In this document: positions 9,229-17,044 of the stretch, piece by piece | Numbering within the stretch: position 1 is the first letter of the stretch | Layout: each line of letters begins with the position of its first letter | Assembly (NCBI GenBank): GCA_045602385.1 | Contig: JAZSBL010000023.1 | Location: 34,598-98,597, forward strand | From: Eubacteriales bacterium | Lineage (GTDB): Bacteria; Bacillota; Clostridia; Oscillospirales; CAG-272 | Length of the DNA stretch: 64,000 nucleotides | Reading direction: 5' to 3' | Made by a program: the position numbers and the translations under genes | The notes under the pieces: generated by a model | Told to the model about the DNA's origin: nothing | The model's database searches: none | Seen by the model: only the letters and a program-made list of their open reading frames with translations

Positions 9229-10647
9229 TTATTTGCCTAACATTGCTCTTATAAGGCTGTTTCGCAGCTTGTTCAAGCTCTCGTCGGTAATATTGTCTAT
9301 CGTTGCAAATTCATCTGACGGGGCAGGCATTTTGTCGTTTGTGTGAATAATGATACGTGCAGAAAGATCCACGGTAGTTTCAATTTTCTTTCCTACGTAA
9401 TTGATCTCTGTATGCGTCAGGCGGTCCACGGAGATCGTCGTAGTCTCACGGTCGCCAGACCATTCTCCGACAAGAGCAAGGGTGCTGTCCGCTGTTTTTA
9501 CATTGAGTGAGTAGGAATCCGATTCCTTATTTATTTTAAGAGAGGACTCAAGCAATGATTCGTTTTGACGGGTAGCCGTAACGCATCCTTCGTATGAGAG
9601 CTCGTCGTTCTTTACGGTGTAGCATGCGCTTATATCCATGTATTCAAGTGAGATCTTATCGGCCTTTTTAACTCCGTTTTCGCCGCAATCAAGCATAAAC
9701 ACGGTTTCACCGTCGACCTCTACCCCGATTTGAAGCAAGGTCGCGCTCAGCCTTTTTGTGGCAATATTTACAGAGATGGTTTGGAAGGTCTCGCAATAGT
9801 CTTTTGCGCTTTCCTCAAGCTCGGAGACATATTTCTTATATGCTTCAAGCGTGTCGCCCTTCAGATCGAGCATGGCGACTGCCGTGCTTTCATGCTCCTC
9901 GACAAACCTTATTATATCCTCTGAGTCGCACAGATAATTGCACGTATCCTCAATAATGCTTGTCCTGGCGGTCTCGTCTATGACAATAGAGATCATTCTT
10001 ACATCGGTATCCTTGCCGTTAAGGGGGATATCGGTCACGGTGGCTGAGACTTCCGCGTGCTTGATGACTATGCCCCAGATATCCGTCAAGACCTTTGCTA
10101 TAAGCTTCTTAGAGTCCTTTTTGGCTTCTTGATCCCCCGCGGCCTCAGCAGTTGCTATCAGACTGTCGAAGGCTTCTTGGTCAAGCGCATATTGTGAGCC
10201 TGAATCGGGGGCAAATATTGATCTTTTCAGATCGCTTGCAAGCGTGTCAAGGCGCGCGCCGTACGTGCCGCAAAGGATATTATTTTCCTTAAGATATACT
10301 GTTTCGGCGGAAAGATAGGCTTCTCCGTTCATCCGGAAGCTGTTATAGCGCACGTCAAGGCCGCTTAACATAAATGAGTCCTCAGAAAAGTACATTTTTC
10401 CCGCGACACTGATTTTTTTTGGAGATTGCGAGCCGTTTGTTCTAATATCCCCGACCGACAGATCAAGAGAGCCCTCCCGGAGCATGGATACAACCGGCTT
10501 TATCTCCTCTCTTTCGAGCAGGTCATCCGCAAAGCCCGCGACCGCGCGCACAGCCACGTTTTGGGGAAGATTCAATATTATAAGGACGCTCGCCGCAATC
10601 AAAATCAACAACGCAATCGCGGAGAGAAGTAATATTCTTTTTTTCAT
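9229..10647 (-). CDS. N-terminally membrane-anchored protein, function unknown
   Basis: 472 aa. MKKRILLLSAIALLILIAASVLIIL anchor. SD GGGAGGAAAA. No motif recognised. Confidence 0.7.
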   Translation of the reverse strand: MKKRILLLSAIALLILIAASVLIILNLPQNVAVRAVAGFADDLLEREEIKPVVSMLREGSLDLSVGDIRTNGSQSPKKISVAGKMYFSEDSFMLSGLDVRYNSFRMNGEAYLSAETVYLKENNILCGTYGARLDTLASDLKRSIFAPDSGSQYALDQEAFDSLIATAEAAGDQEAKKDSKKLIAKVLTDIWGIVIKHAEVSATVTDIPLNGKDTDVRMISIVIDETARTSIIEDTCNYLCDSEDIIRFVEEHESTAVAMLDLKGDTLEAYKKYVSELEESAKDYCETFQTISVNIATKRLSATLLQIGVEVDGETVFMLDCGENGVKKADKISLEYMDISACYTVKNDELSYEGCVTATRQNESLLESSLKINKESDSYSLNVKTADSTLALVGEWSGDRETTTISVDRLTHTEINYVGKKIETTVDLSARIIIHTNDKMPAPSDEFATIDNITDESLNKLRNSLIRAMLGK

Positions 10648-10733
10648 TTTTCCTCCCTGTATTGTAAGGATAATAAACGCGCGAATTGCGAAGCAATGCT
10701 GTTTTTTGTCAGTTTAATTATAGTACGGGGTGA

Positions 10734-12320
10734 CTATTTTTCGGTTATGTTTGCCGCGTCCTCGCCGAGTATTGCGACCAGCTTTTCTTTGGTCGATTTT
10801 TCGTCAAAGGTGGTACAGCGTAAATGCAGAATATCTCCCTCGTGTATTGCTTTGACCGCGCGCTTGTCGCGCATGTCAAGTGGCAGTGTATGCTTGTGTG
10901 AAAGAACGAACGTGCCGTTTGGCCAGAAAATATCACGTATGTGCATGCCCTCTGCAAAGGCATTCTTGCTTACGGTTACGTAGCCTTCCAAAAACTTCTG
11001 CTCTCGGCCCGCATTTATCTCGTGGGCGAGGTTTTCAAGGACTCGGTCGTTAATGGATTCCGCACCGAATATTTCGGTTATAACAAACGCTACGCCCGCC
11101 GCGATTATGACGAATATCACGTTATCGTAGCAGGAGAGAGCTTCAACCGCGAAGACTATTGCGGTCAGGGGCATTTTCATCATTCCCGCGATGCAGGCGA
11201 TGATTCCGATGATTATGATTACCGTATAATAGGATGGGTCAAGTCCCCAGATCATATCTATTACGGTGGCAATTATGCTTGAAAGAAGCGCGCCTATCGC
11301 CATCAATGGCAGGAAGATACCGCCTGTTACACGATTGGAATTGGCGAAAAGCGTAAGCGTAGAGCGGACTACCAAAAGCAGGAAAAGTATTAAAAGGGGA
11401 GTTTTTACGTTGATAAGATCAAGTATCAGCTCGTGACCTGTGGAGATGGTAGAGAATGATATTAGTCCTGCGGCAAACGTTAGCGCAAACACGCTGAAAA
11501 TGCGCAGGCCGTGAGGTATGCCGTTCAAGATCTTATTGGAAAACTTGAATATTACCTTATAATAGGTCAGGAAAAGGACCGCGAAAAGTCCCATTACCAT
11601 GCCGACAAGCAGAGGTATCCACACGTCTTTGATAGAGAGCGTGGGGAGCTGCATTGCAGGGAAGAGCGTTTTGCTGACGCCGAGGATCGGCGCAACTATT
11701 TCGGTAGTCATGCACGCGAACATTACCGATGTAGAGGCGATCATAAGTATCATGGGAGATATGCGCTGATGCGCCTCCTCAATCGCGAAGAGAATACCCG
11801 ATATGGGTGCGCCTGTCGCAACTGCAAAGCCGGAGCATGCTCCGCCCGTCATCGAATATCTGTCCCACGCGCGGTGCTTTTTGCCAAATGAATACACGCT
11901 GCCGCGTCCGATTGCTACGCCCATCTGGACCGAGGGTCCCTCGTTTCCAAGCGGCACGCCGATGAAAAATGACACAAGCGACATGGAGAATATTCCTATA
12001 AGGTTTCGCAGCCACTTGAATGATATTATTCCGCGCAAAATACCGATAGAGGTCGGAATTCCACCTCCGCGAAGATTGGGTATGCGCTTATATATGTACG
12101 CGAACAGAAATGCGGGGACGATGAAGGCGATAAGCGCTATGGGAATGATATAGAGATGCTCACCTACAAAGTGGTAGCTTTTCTCGGAAAAAGTGATGAT
12201 ATACTTTGCGCACGCCTTATATAGGTTGACGGCGAGTGAGGTCAGGACACCCGTCAGCGCGCCAAAACAAACTGCGGGCAATATTGAATTAAAAAATGAA
12301 TTCCAGGACTTTGATTTCAT
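10734..12320 (-). CDS. ClC-family voltage-gated chloride channel / H+-Cl- antiporter with C-terminal RCK-C-like domain
   Basis: GGGIPT, GNEGPSVQMG and GAPISGILFAIEE are ClC selectivity-filter motifs. Start moved to ATG 12320 (MKSKSWNSFF, SD GGGAG). Confidence 0.88.
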   Translation of the reverse strand: MKSKSWNSFFNSILPAVCFGALTGVLTSLAVNLYKACAKYIITFSEKSYHFVGEHLYIIPIALIAFIVPAFLFAYIYKRIPNLRGGGIPTSIGILRGIISFKWLRNLIGIFSMSLVSFFIGVPLGNEGPSVQMGVAIGRGSVYSFGKKHRAWDRYSMTGGACSGFAVATGAPISGILFAIEEAHQRISPMILMIASTSVMFACMTTEIVAPILGVSKTLFPAMQLPTLSIKDVWIPLLVGMVMGLFAVLFLTYYKVIFKFSNKILNGIPHGLRIFSVFALTFAAGLISFSTISTGHELILDLINVKTPLLILFLLLVVRSTLTLFANSNRVTGGIFLPLMAIGALLSSIIATVIDMIWGLDPSYYTVIIIIGIIACIAGMMKMPLTAIVFAVEALSCYDNVIFVIIAAGVAFVITEIFGAESINDRVLENLAHEINAGREQKFLEGYVTVSKNAFAEGMHIRDIFWPNGTFVLSHKHTLPLDMRDKRAVKAIHEGDILHLRCTTFDEKSTKEKLVAILGEDAANITEK

Positions 12321-12431
12321 GGCTTCTCCCGTGGTGTTGTGTGTATTCCACGCCGCGCGGCGGGGAAGGTATAGGTATATTTTAGCATATTTTGGAGAAA
12401 AAATCAAGACTCCCAAGCTAAAGCCGGAGCA

Positions 12432-12572
12432 TCAAATCAATATAATATAAAATGCTTTGCAATGGTTGATACTGCCTTCTCTCAAATTTCTCTGCCGACA
12501 ATTCTCTAAATACTGGTTACAGCCCTCCTCAAAAGTGAGCGTTACACCCCTTGCCATTTTTATCTTTTGCAT
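12432..12572 (-). pseudogene. 5' fragment of a tyrosine integrase gene (N-terminal SAM-like/core-binding region only)
   Basis: Below the ORF track size cut-off. Strong SD AAGGAGG, then ATG 12572. Translation MQKIKMARGVTLTFEEGCNQYLENCRQRNLREGSINHCKAF matches my recollection of Firmicutes phage/ICE integrase N-termini (TFEE..FL..C+.+NL...TI..Y). It then degenerates to a stop after 46 codons. Confidence 0.55.
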
Positions 12573-12694
12573 CGCAAAATCCTCCTTATTTGCGTATTTA
12601 TAGAAATATATTTAATCACCATTGTATATTGCATTTTGCCAAAATTTGTGCTATAATGATTTTGTCAAAAAACAACATGATAGGAGAAAATGAC

Positions 12695-13531
12695 ATGTCA
12701 AACGTATGTGTAATCACCGGTGGCGGAAGCGGTATGGGCTTCGAGGCTGCAAAATTTATGCCTAAGGATAAAATAATCGTTATTTCCGGCAGAACTCTTG
12801 CAAAGCTTGAGGGCGCAGTTGCAGAATTAAAGGCTCTTGGATACGAGGCGTATGCAAAGGTATGCGATACCTCCAAGCGAGAAAGCGTTAAGGTGCTTGC
12901 AGAATATGCGGCATCTCTCGGCGAAATCAAAAACGTAATCAACTCTGCAGGTGTTTCTCCGGCAATGAAGGGCACTCCTGAGGGAATCCTTCGCATCAAT
13001 GCACTTGGAACTGTTTACGTAAATCAGGAGTTTTCAAAGCTGATGGGGGCGGGAAGTGTTATCGTTGATGTTTCGTCTAACTCTGCGTACATTCTCCCTT
13101 CGTTCATCATCAACAAGAAGCACTACGTGTTCGCTGAAACCAACGAAGAATTGTTCCTCAAGAAGCTCGTTAAGAAGAGCGGAATGGCAAAGGGTGAATA
13201 TCAGCAGAAGGGCTTTGCATACTCGCTTTCCAAGAACTTCGTGGTTTGGTATGCTAAAAAGTGCGCGTTTGAGTACGGCCTTCGCGGAATTCGCGTAGTA
13301 TCCCTCAGCCCCGGACTTATTGCAACCGATATGGGTAACCTTGAAAAAGAGGACGGCGGAATGCTTATTCCTTTCTCCGCAGAAGAGAGAATGGGTAAGC
13401 CCGAGGAGCTTGGATTTGCACTTGCAACTGTTGCTGATGAGCGCAACGGATACCTTGCAGGCGTTGACGTTCTTTGCGATGGCGGAAGCACTAACGGTAT
13501 GAAGGAATTCAAAAAGTCCAAGAAGAAATAA
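12695..13531 (+). CDS. short-chain dehydrogenase/reductase (SDR)
   Basis: ITGGGSGMG (TGxxxGxG) and YSLSK (YxxxK). Start moved to ATG 12695 (MSNVCVITGG). Promoter TTGCAT-17-TATAAT just upstream. Confidence 0.85.
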   Translation: MSNVCVITGGGSGMGFEAAKFMPKDKIIVISGRTLAKLEGAVAELKALGYEAYAKVCDTSKRESVKVLAEYAASLGEIKNVINSAGVSPAMKGTPEGILRINALGTVYVNQEFSKLMGAGSVIVDVSSNSAYILPSFIINKKHYVFAETNEELFLKKLVKKSGMAKGEYQQKGFAYSLSKNFVVWYAKKCAFEYGLRGIRVVSLSPGLIATDMGNLEKEDGGMLIPFSAEERMGKPEELGFALATVADERNGYLAGVDVLCDGGSTNGMKEFKKSKKK

Positions 13532-13563
13532 TTCCAAATTACAATAGCAAGATGATAAAAATA

Positions 13564-13612
13564 TTGGACACATCATAAGCGAAAATACGTTTATGATGTG
13601 TCCAACTTTTTT
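13564..13612 (+). terminator. intrinsic terminator of the SDR gene
   Basis: 15-bp perfect stem TTGGACACATCATAA / TTATGATGTGTCCAA followed by CTTTTTT. Confidence 0.85.
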
Positions 13613-13687
13613 ATTTGTGATTTTGGGCGAAATGAGTTTTACAAAGCTTTCATAAAGCCCTGCAAACCTCAAAAAGCCTTACGCCGC

Positions 13688-13746
13688 AAGGATTACTTGC
13701 TTGCTTCTTCGATAGCAACTGCAACAGCAACGGTCATACCAACCAT
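13688..13746 (-). repeat. direct repeat copy A: displaced copy of the last 17 codons, stop and 8 nt of the GGGtGRT gene
   Basis: 55/59 nt identical to 14995-15053. Encodes MVGMTVAVAVAIEEASK*. All 4 differences are third-codon-position synonymous changes. Confidence 0.9.
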
Positions 13747-13749
13747 AAA

Positions 13750-13992
13750 TTATTTTATTTCTTGCTCCAAATTATCAAAAAGAGGAGATGTGAAGAAGTC
13801 GAGAATGGTAATCTCCAATCCGTCGCAGATTTTTTGAACGGTTGAGACCGTGGTTGTAGCATTGGGTCTGCTAATAACGTTATTCAAGGTCGACTGCGTG
13901 ATACCGCAGATAGTGGATAGCTTATTCAAAGTAATATTGTTTTGTTGACACAACTCCAAAATACGCAACTTCACCGCTTCGTTAACTCTCAT
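13750..13992 (-). CDS. XRE-family helix-turn-helix transcriptional regulator (80 aa)
   Basis: ITLNKLSTICGITQSTLNNVISRPN is an HTH_3-like segment. Paralog of 48070-48312 (shared ...CDGL.I....FF.....LEQEIK C-terminus). Confidence 0.85.
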   Translation of the reverse strand: MRVNEAVKLRILELCQQNNITLNKLSTICGITQSTLNNVISRPNATTTVSTVQKICDGLEITILDFFTSPLFDNLEQEIK

Positions 13993-14003
13993 TTCGCTCT
14001 CCT

Positions 14004-14114
14004 AACTCAAATGGGTTAACTATATTTTACCCCATAAAAAGACAAAAAATTACCCTTTTAGGGTTGACAAACTCAAAAGGGTGTGTTATAATGGCAACAT
14101 AACTCAAAAGAGTT
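14004..14114. promoter_or_regulatory. divergent switch region: three operator-like repeats plus a consensus promoter
   Basis: AACTCAAATGGGTT (14004-14017), AACTCAAAAGGGTG (14070-14083) and the palindromic AACTCAAAAGAGTT (14101-14114). TTGACA (14064-14069), 17 nt, TATAAT (14087-14092) faces the + genes, with O2 filling the spacer. Confidence 0.65.
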
Positions 14115-14145
14115 AACTTAAACTATCTTTCCGGAGGAGAATCAA

Positions 14146-14286
14146 ATGTCAAAACAAATCACATTTAACCACAATGATCAGGAACTGATCAAACAAATTG
14201 AGGAATTTCAAAAATCGAGTGGACTACCATCCTTCATATCTGCTGTGCGAAAGCTTTGCGCGGATGCTCTTCAACTTAAAAAATAA
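14146..14286 (+). CDS. 46-aa protein, function unknown (Cro/antirepressor position in the switch)
   Basis: Below ORF-track cut-off. SD GGAGGAG 6 nt upstream of ATG 14146. Translation MSKQITFNHNDQELIKQIEEFQKSSGLPSFISAVRKLCADALQLKK. Confidence 0.5.
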   Translation: MSKQITFNHNDQELIKQIEEFQKSSGLPSFISAVRKLCADALQLKK

Positions 14287-14308
14287 CAAAATAATTGGAG
14301 GAAATGAA

Positions 14309-14875
14309 ATGAAAAAGCATTTTAAACTATTGTCTTTAGTATTGTCTTTTGTTGTTGTTTTATGTTCAATATCATTTACTTCTTGCGTATCTGAAGAAGA
14401 AACGAAAACAGCACTGACTTTAGAAAATGTAGAAGATTATTTGACTATTAATGATGAAATATTAGATTATAATATTGATGTAGAATATGATTCCATCTAT
14501 GGACTCCGCATTCCAAATTATGATGATAGCTACGGAAAAGCACAAATTGTCATAAATAAAAAATCATCCAATTTGAGTTTTGAAGATGTTGAACTTAAAT
14601 TAAGGGTATCTGTGGACGCTAACAATCCATATCCATGGCAATTCAAGAACAACAATTCCGTTGAAAATTATGAGTATAACGGCAAGGTATATAAAGATAT
14701 GCTCGAAAACTGCACTTATCTTAATTTAACAATACCATATACAGGTGAATATTCCAAAGATTTAGACTTAATAATTGGTCGAAACCAAGACAGCAAATCT
14801 TTACTCGACACAAGCGACTTAAAATCCCTATCAATAAAAATTATCAGTGTTAGCGGATATGTCATAGAAGAATAA
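14309..14875 (+). CDS. lipoprotein, function unknown
   Basis: MKKHFKLLSLVLSFVVVLCSISFTSC has a lipobox (FTSC). SD TGGAGGAAA. Start moved from track 14198 to ATG 14309. Very AT-rich codon usage relative to neighbours. Confidence 0.75.
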   Translation: MKKHFKLLSLVLSFVVVLCSISFTSCVSEEETKTALTLENVEDYLTINDEILDYNIDVEYDSIYGLRIPNYDDSYGKAQIVINKKSSNLSFEDVELKLRVSVDANNPYPWQFKNNNSVENYEYNGKVYKDMLENCTYLNLTIPYTGEYSKDLDLIIGRNQDSKSLLDTSDLKSLSIKIISVSGYVIEE

Positions 14876-14880
14876 TAGAC

Positions 14881-14913
14881 AAAAAGCAGAAACCAGCACG
14901 GTTTCTGCTTTTT
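14881..14913 (+). terminator. intrinsic terminator
   Basis: AAAAAGCAGAAACC-agca-CGGTTTCTGCTTTTT. Confidence 0.85.
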
Positions 14914-14994
14914 AATTAAATTAAGATTTTTCAAAAGCATCCTTACCTAGTCCGCGGATGACCGATGGTCTCCCCTACGAAACCATTATAAATT

Positions 14995-15053
14995 AAGGAT
15001 TACTTGCTTGCCTCTTCGATAGCAACAGCAACCGCAACGGTCATACCGACCAT
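14995..15053 (-). repeat. direct repeat copy B (functional 3' end of the GGGtGRT gene)
   Basis: See 13688-13746. This copy is contiguous with the intact CDS. Confidence 0.9.
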
Positions 15054-15998
15054 GGGGTTGTTACCTGCGCCGATAAGTCCCATCATCTCTACGTGTGCGG
15101 GAACGGAGGAGGAGCCTGCGAACTGTGCGTCGGAGTGCATTCTTCCCATTGTGTCCGTCATACCGTAGCTGGAGGGGCCTGCAGCCATGTTATCGGGGTG
15201 AAGTGTACGGCCTGTTCCGCCGCCCGATGCAACAGAGAAGTAGCTTACGCCGTTCTCAACTGCCCACTTCTTATATGTTCCTGCAACGGGATGCTGGAAG
15301 CGTGTGGGGTTGGTGGAGTTACCTGTAATGGAAACGCCAACGTTCTCAAGCTTCATGATAGCAACGCCCTCGGGAACGTTGTCAGAGCCGTAGCATCTTA
15401 CGTCTGCTCTGGGACCCTTGGAGAAGGGAACCTCGCGAACGATAGTAACTTCCTCTGTGTAGGGATCAAACTTTGTCTCTACGTATGTGAAGCCGTTGAT
15501 TCTGGAAATTATGTAAGCTGCGTCCTTACCAAGACCGTTGAGGATAACGCGGAGGGGCTTTACGCGAACCTTGTTTGCGTTAAGTGCGATCTTGATCGCG
15601 CCCTCTGCAGCCGCAAAGGACTCGTGGCCGGCGAGGAAGCAGAAGCACTCTGTCTCCTCGGAAAGAAGCATCTTGCCGAGATTACCGTGGCCGAGACCAA
15701 CCTTTCTGTTCTCTGCAACAGAACCGGGAATGCAGAAGGACTGAAGACCGATACCGATAGCGGCAGCGGCGTCAGCAGCCTTTGTGCAGCCCTTCTTGAT
15801 TGCGATAGCTGCGCCTACTGTGTATGCCCACTTTGCGTTCTCAAAGCAGATGGGCTGTGTTTCCTCGACGATCTTGTAGGGATCGATGCCCTTAGCATCG
15901 CAGATCTCCTTGCACTCGTCGATGGAGTTGATACCGAATTCCTTAAGAGCGGCGAGTATTTTCGCTTCTCTTCTTTCGTAACCTTCAAACTTAGCCAT
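15000..15998 (-). CDS. GGGtGRT-family protein (uncharacterised conserved family)
   Basis: 332 aa containing the eponymous motif SGGGTGRTLHPDN. SD AAGGAGG. Confidence 0.85.
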   Translation of the reverse strand: MAKFEGYERREAKILAALKEFGINSIDECKEICDAKGIDPYKIVEETQPICFENAKWAYTVGAAIAIKKGCTKAADAAAAIGIGLQSFCIPGSVAENRKVGLGHGNLGKMLLSEETECFCFLAGHESFAAAEGAIKIALNANKVRVKPLRVILNGLGKDAAYIISRINGFTYVETKFDPYTEEVTIVREVPFSKGPRADVRCYGSDNVPEGVAIMKLENVGVSITGNSTNPTRFQHPVAGTYKKWAVENGVSYFSVASGGGTGRTLHPDNMAAGPSSYGMTDTMGRMHSDAQFAGSSSVPAHVEMMGLIGAGNNPMVGMTVAVAVAIEEASK

Positions 15999-16016
15999 TA
16001 TACTCTACCTCCTTAA

Positions 16017-16730
16017 TTATTCCTTGCGGGGATCAATGTACTTTGCAGCGTCATTGAATCTACCGTATGTACCCTTAGCCTTCTCATATGCCTCGTTGGG
16101 CTCCATGCCCTTCTTGATCATATCGGTCATCTTGCCGAGGGATACGAACTCATAACCGATAACCTCGTTGTTCTCGTCAAGAGCCATTCTTGTGCAGTAG
16201 CCCTCTGTCATCTCAAGGTATCTTACGCCCTTTTCCTTGGTGGCGTACATTGTACCTACCATGCTTCGCTCACCCTTACCGAGGTCTTCCATACCAGCGC
16301 CGATTACAAGGCCGCCCTCAGAGAATGCGGACTGGCTTCTTCCGTAAACGATCTGGAGGAAGAGCTCACGCATTGCTGTATTGATAGCGTCGCAAACGAG
16401 GTCTGTGTTAAGCGCCTCAAGAATTGTCTTGCCGGGGAGGATCTCTGCCGCCATTGCTGCAGAGTGAGTCATACCGGAGCATCCGATAGTCTCAACCAAT
16501 GCTTCCTCAATGATACCGTTCTTAACGTTAAGAGAAAGCTTACAAGCGCCCTGCTGAGGTGCGCACCAGCCTACACCGTGTGTGTATGCGGAAATGTCTG
16601 TAATCTGCTTTGCCTGAACCCACTTGCCCTCTTCCGGGATAGGAGCGGGACCGTGATCGCAACCCTTTTGAACCTTGCACATGTGCTGAACTTCGAGGCT
16701 CTGTGCATAAGGAAATTCACTTACGTTCAT
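16017..16730 (-). CDS. NifU/IscU-like Fe-S scaffold-domain protein
   Basis: GACKLSLNVKNGIIEEALVETIGCSGMTHSAAMAAEILPGKTILEAL aligns by eye with IscU (CGD..KL...IEDA.F.T.GCGSAIASSS...GK...EA). SD AAAGGAGA. Only 18 nt upstream of the GGGtGRT gene. Confidence 0.8.
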   Translation of the reverse strand: MNVSEFPYAQSLEVQHMCKVQKGCDHGPAPIPEEGKWVQAKQITDISAYTHGVGWCAPQQGACKLSLNVKNGIIEEALVETIGCSGMTHSAAMAAEILPGKTILEALNTDLVCDAINTAMRELFLQIVYGRSQSAFSEGGLVIGAGMEDLGKGERSMVGTMYATKEKGVRYLEMTEGYCTRMALDENNEVIGYEFVSLGKMTDMIKKGMEPNEAYEKAKGTYGRFNDAAKYIDPRKE

Positions 16731-17044
16731 GTTTTATTTCTCCTTTTGAAGTTGATCTCAGACCGGCTAAAATTTCCCAAATGCGTCAGTTGCTATATGC
16801 AGGCAAGCCTGCATGGCGAGTTTGCTTCGCAACCTATTCGCCCTCGAGTGCAGCTTGACGTAGGGAACTACGTCTGCGCTTTGCCCTCTCCGGTGCGCCT
16901 TGCCTTTGAAAATTTCATCTCGGTCTTTTGTTTGTACTATTTAGTATTTGCTTCACCGTCGAGGAACGGACTATGGATTTAATCATTATTCCACACGATT
17001 GTGAAGTTTCTTTGCCTACTTTCTTTTCAAAGAAAGTAGGGAGC
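16731..17044 (-). promoter_or_regulatory. 314-nt structured spacer/leader between pduL and the NifU-like gene
   Basis: Minus-strand RNA contains CCUACUUUCUUU-GAAA-AGAAAGUAGG directly after the pduL stop, GACGUAG-UUCC-CUACGUC, GGCGA..(UUGC-GAA-GCAA)..UCGCC, and AUGCAGG-CUUG-CCUGCAU. No U-tract terminator. Confidence 0.35.

Larger units (their letters stand above)
13747..14994. mobile_element. decayed integrative-element remnant (no integrase inside) bounded by the 59-bp repeats
   Basis: Flanking direct repeats duplicate the 3' end of the target gene. Contents are an XRE repressor, a divergent switch, a 46-aa ORF and an AT-rich lipoprotein gene. Composition is visibly more AT-rich than the flanks. 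Confidence 0.45.

Noticed and set aside
16800-16900. Glycine riboswitch (CACCGGAGAGGGCAA resembles CACCGAAGGGGCAA)
   Set aside because: The other conserved elements (5' GGAGAG in P1 context, CUCUCAGGCAAAAGGAC, tandem aptamer architecture) are missing. The resemblance is limited to one short segment.
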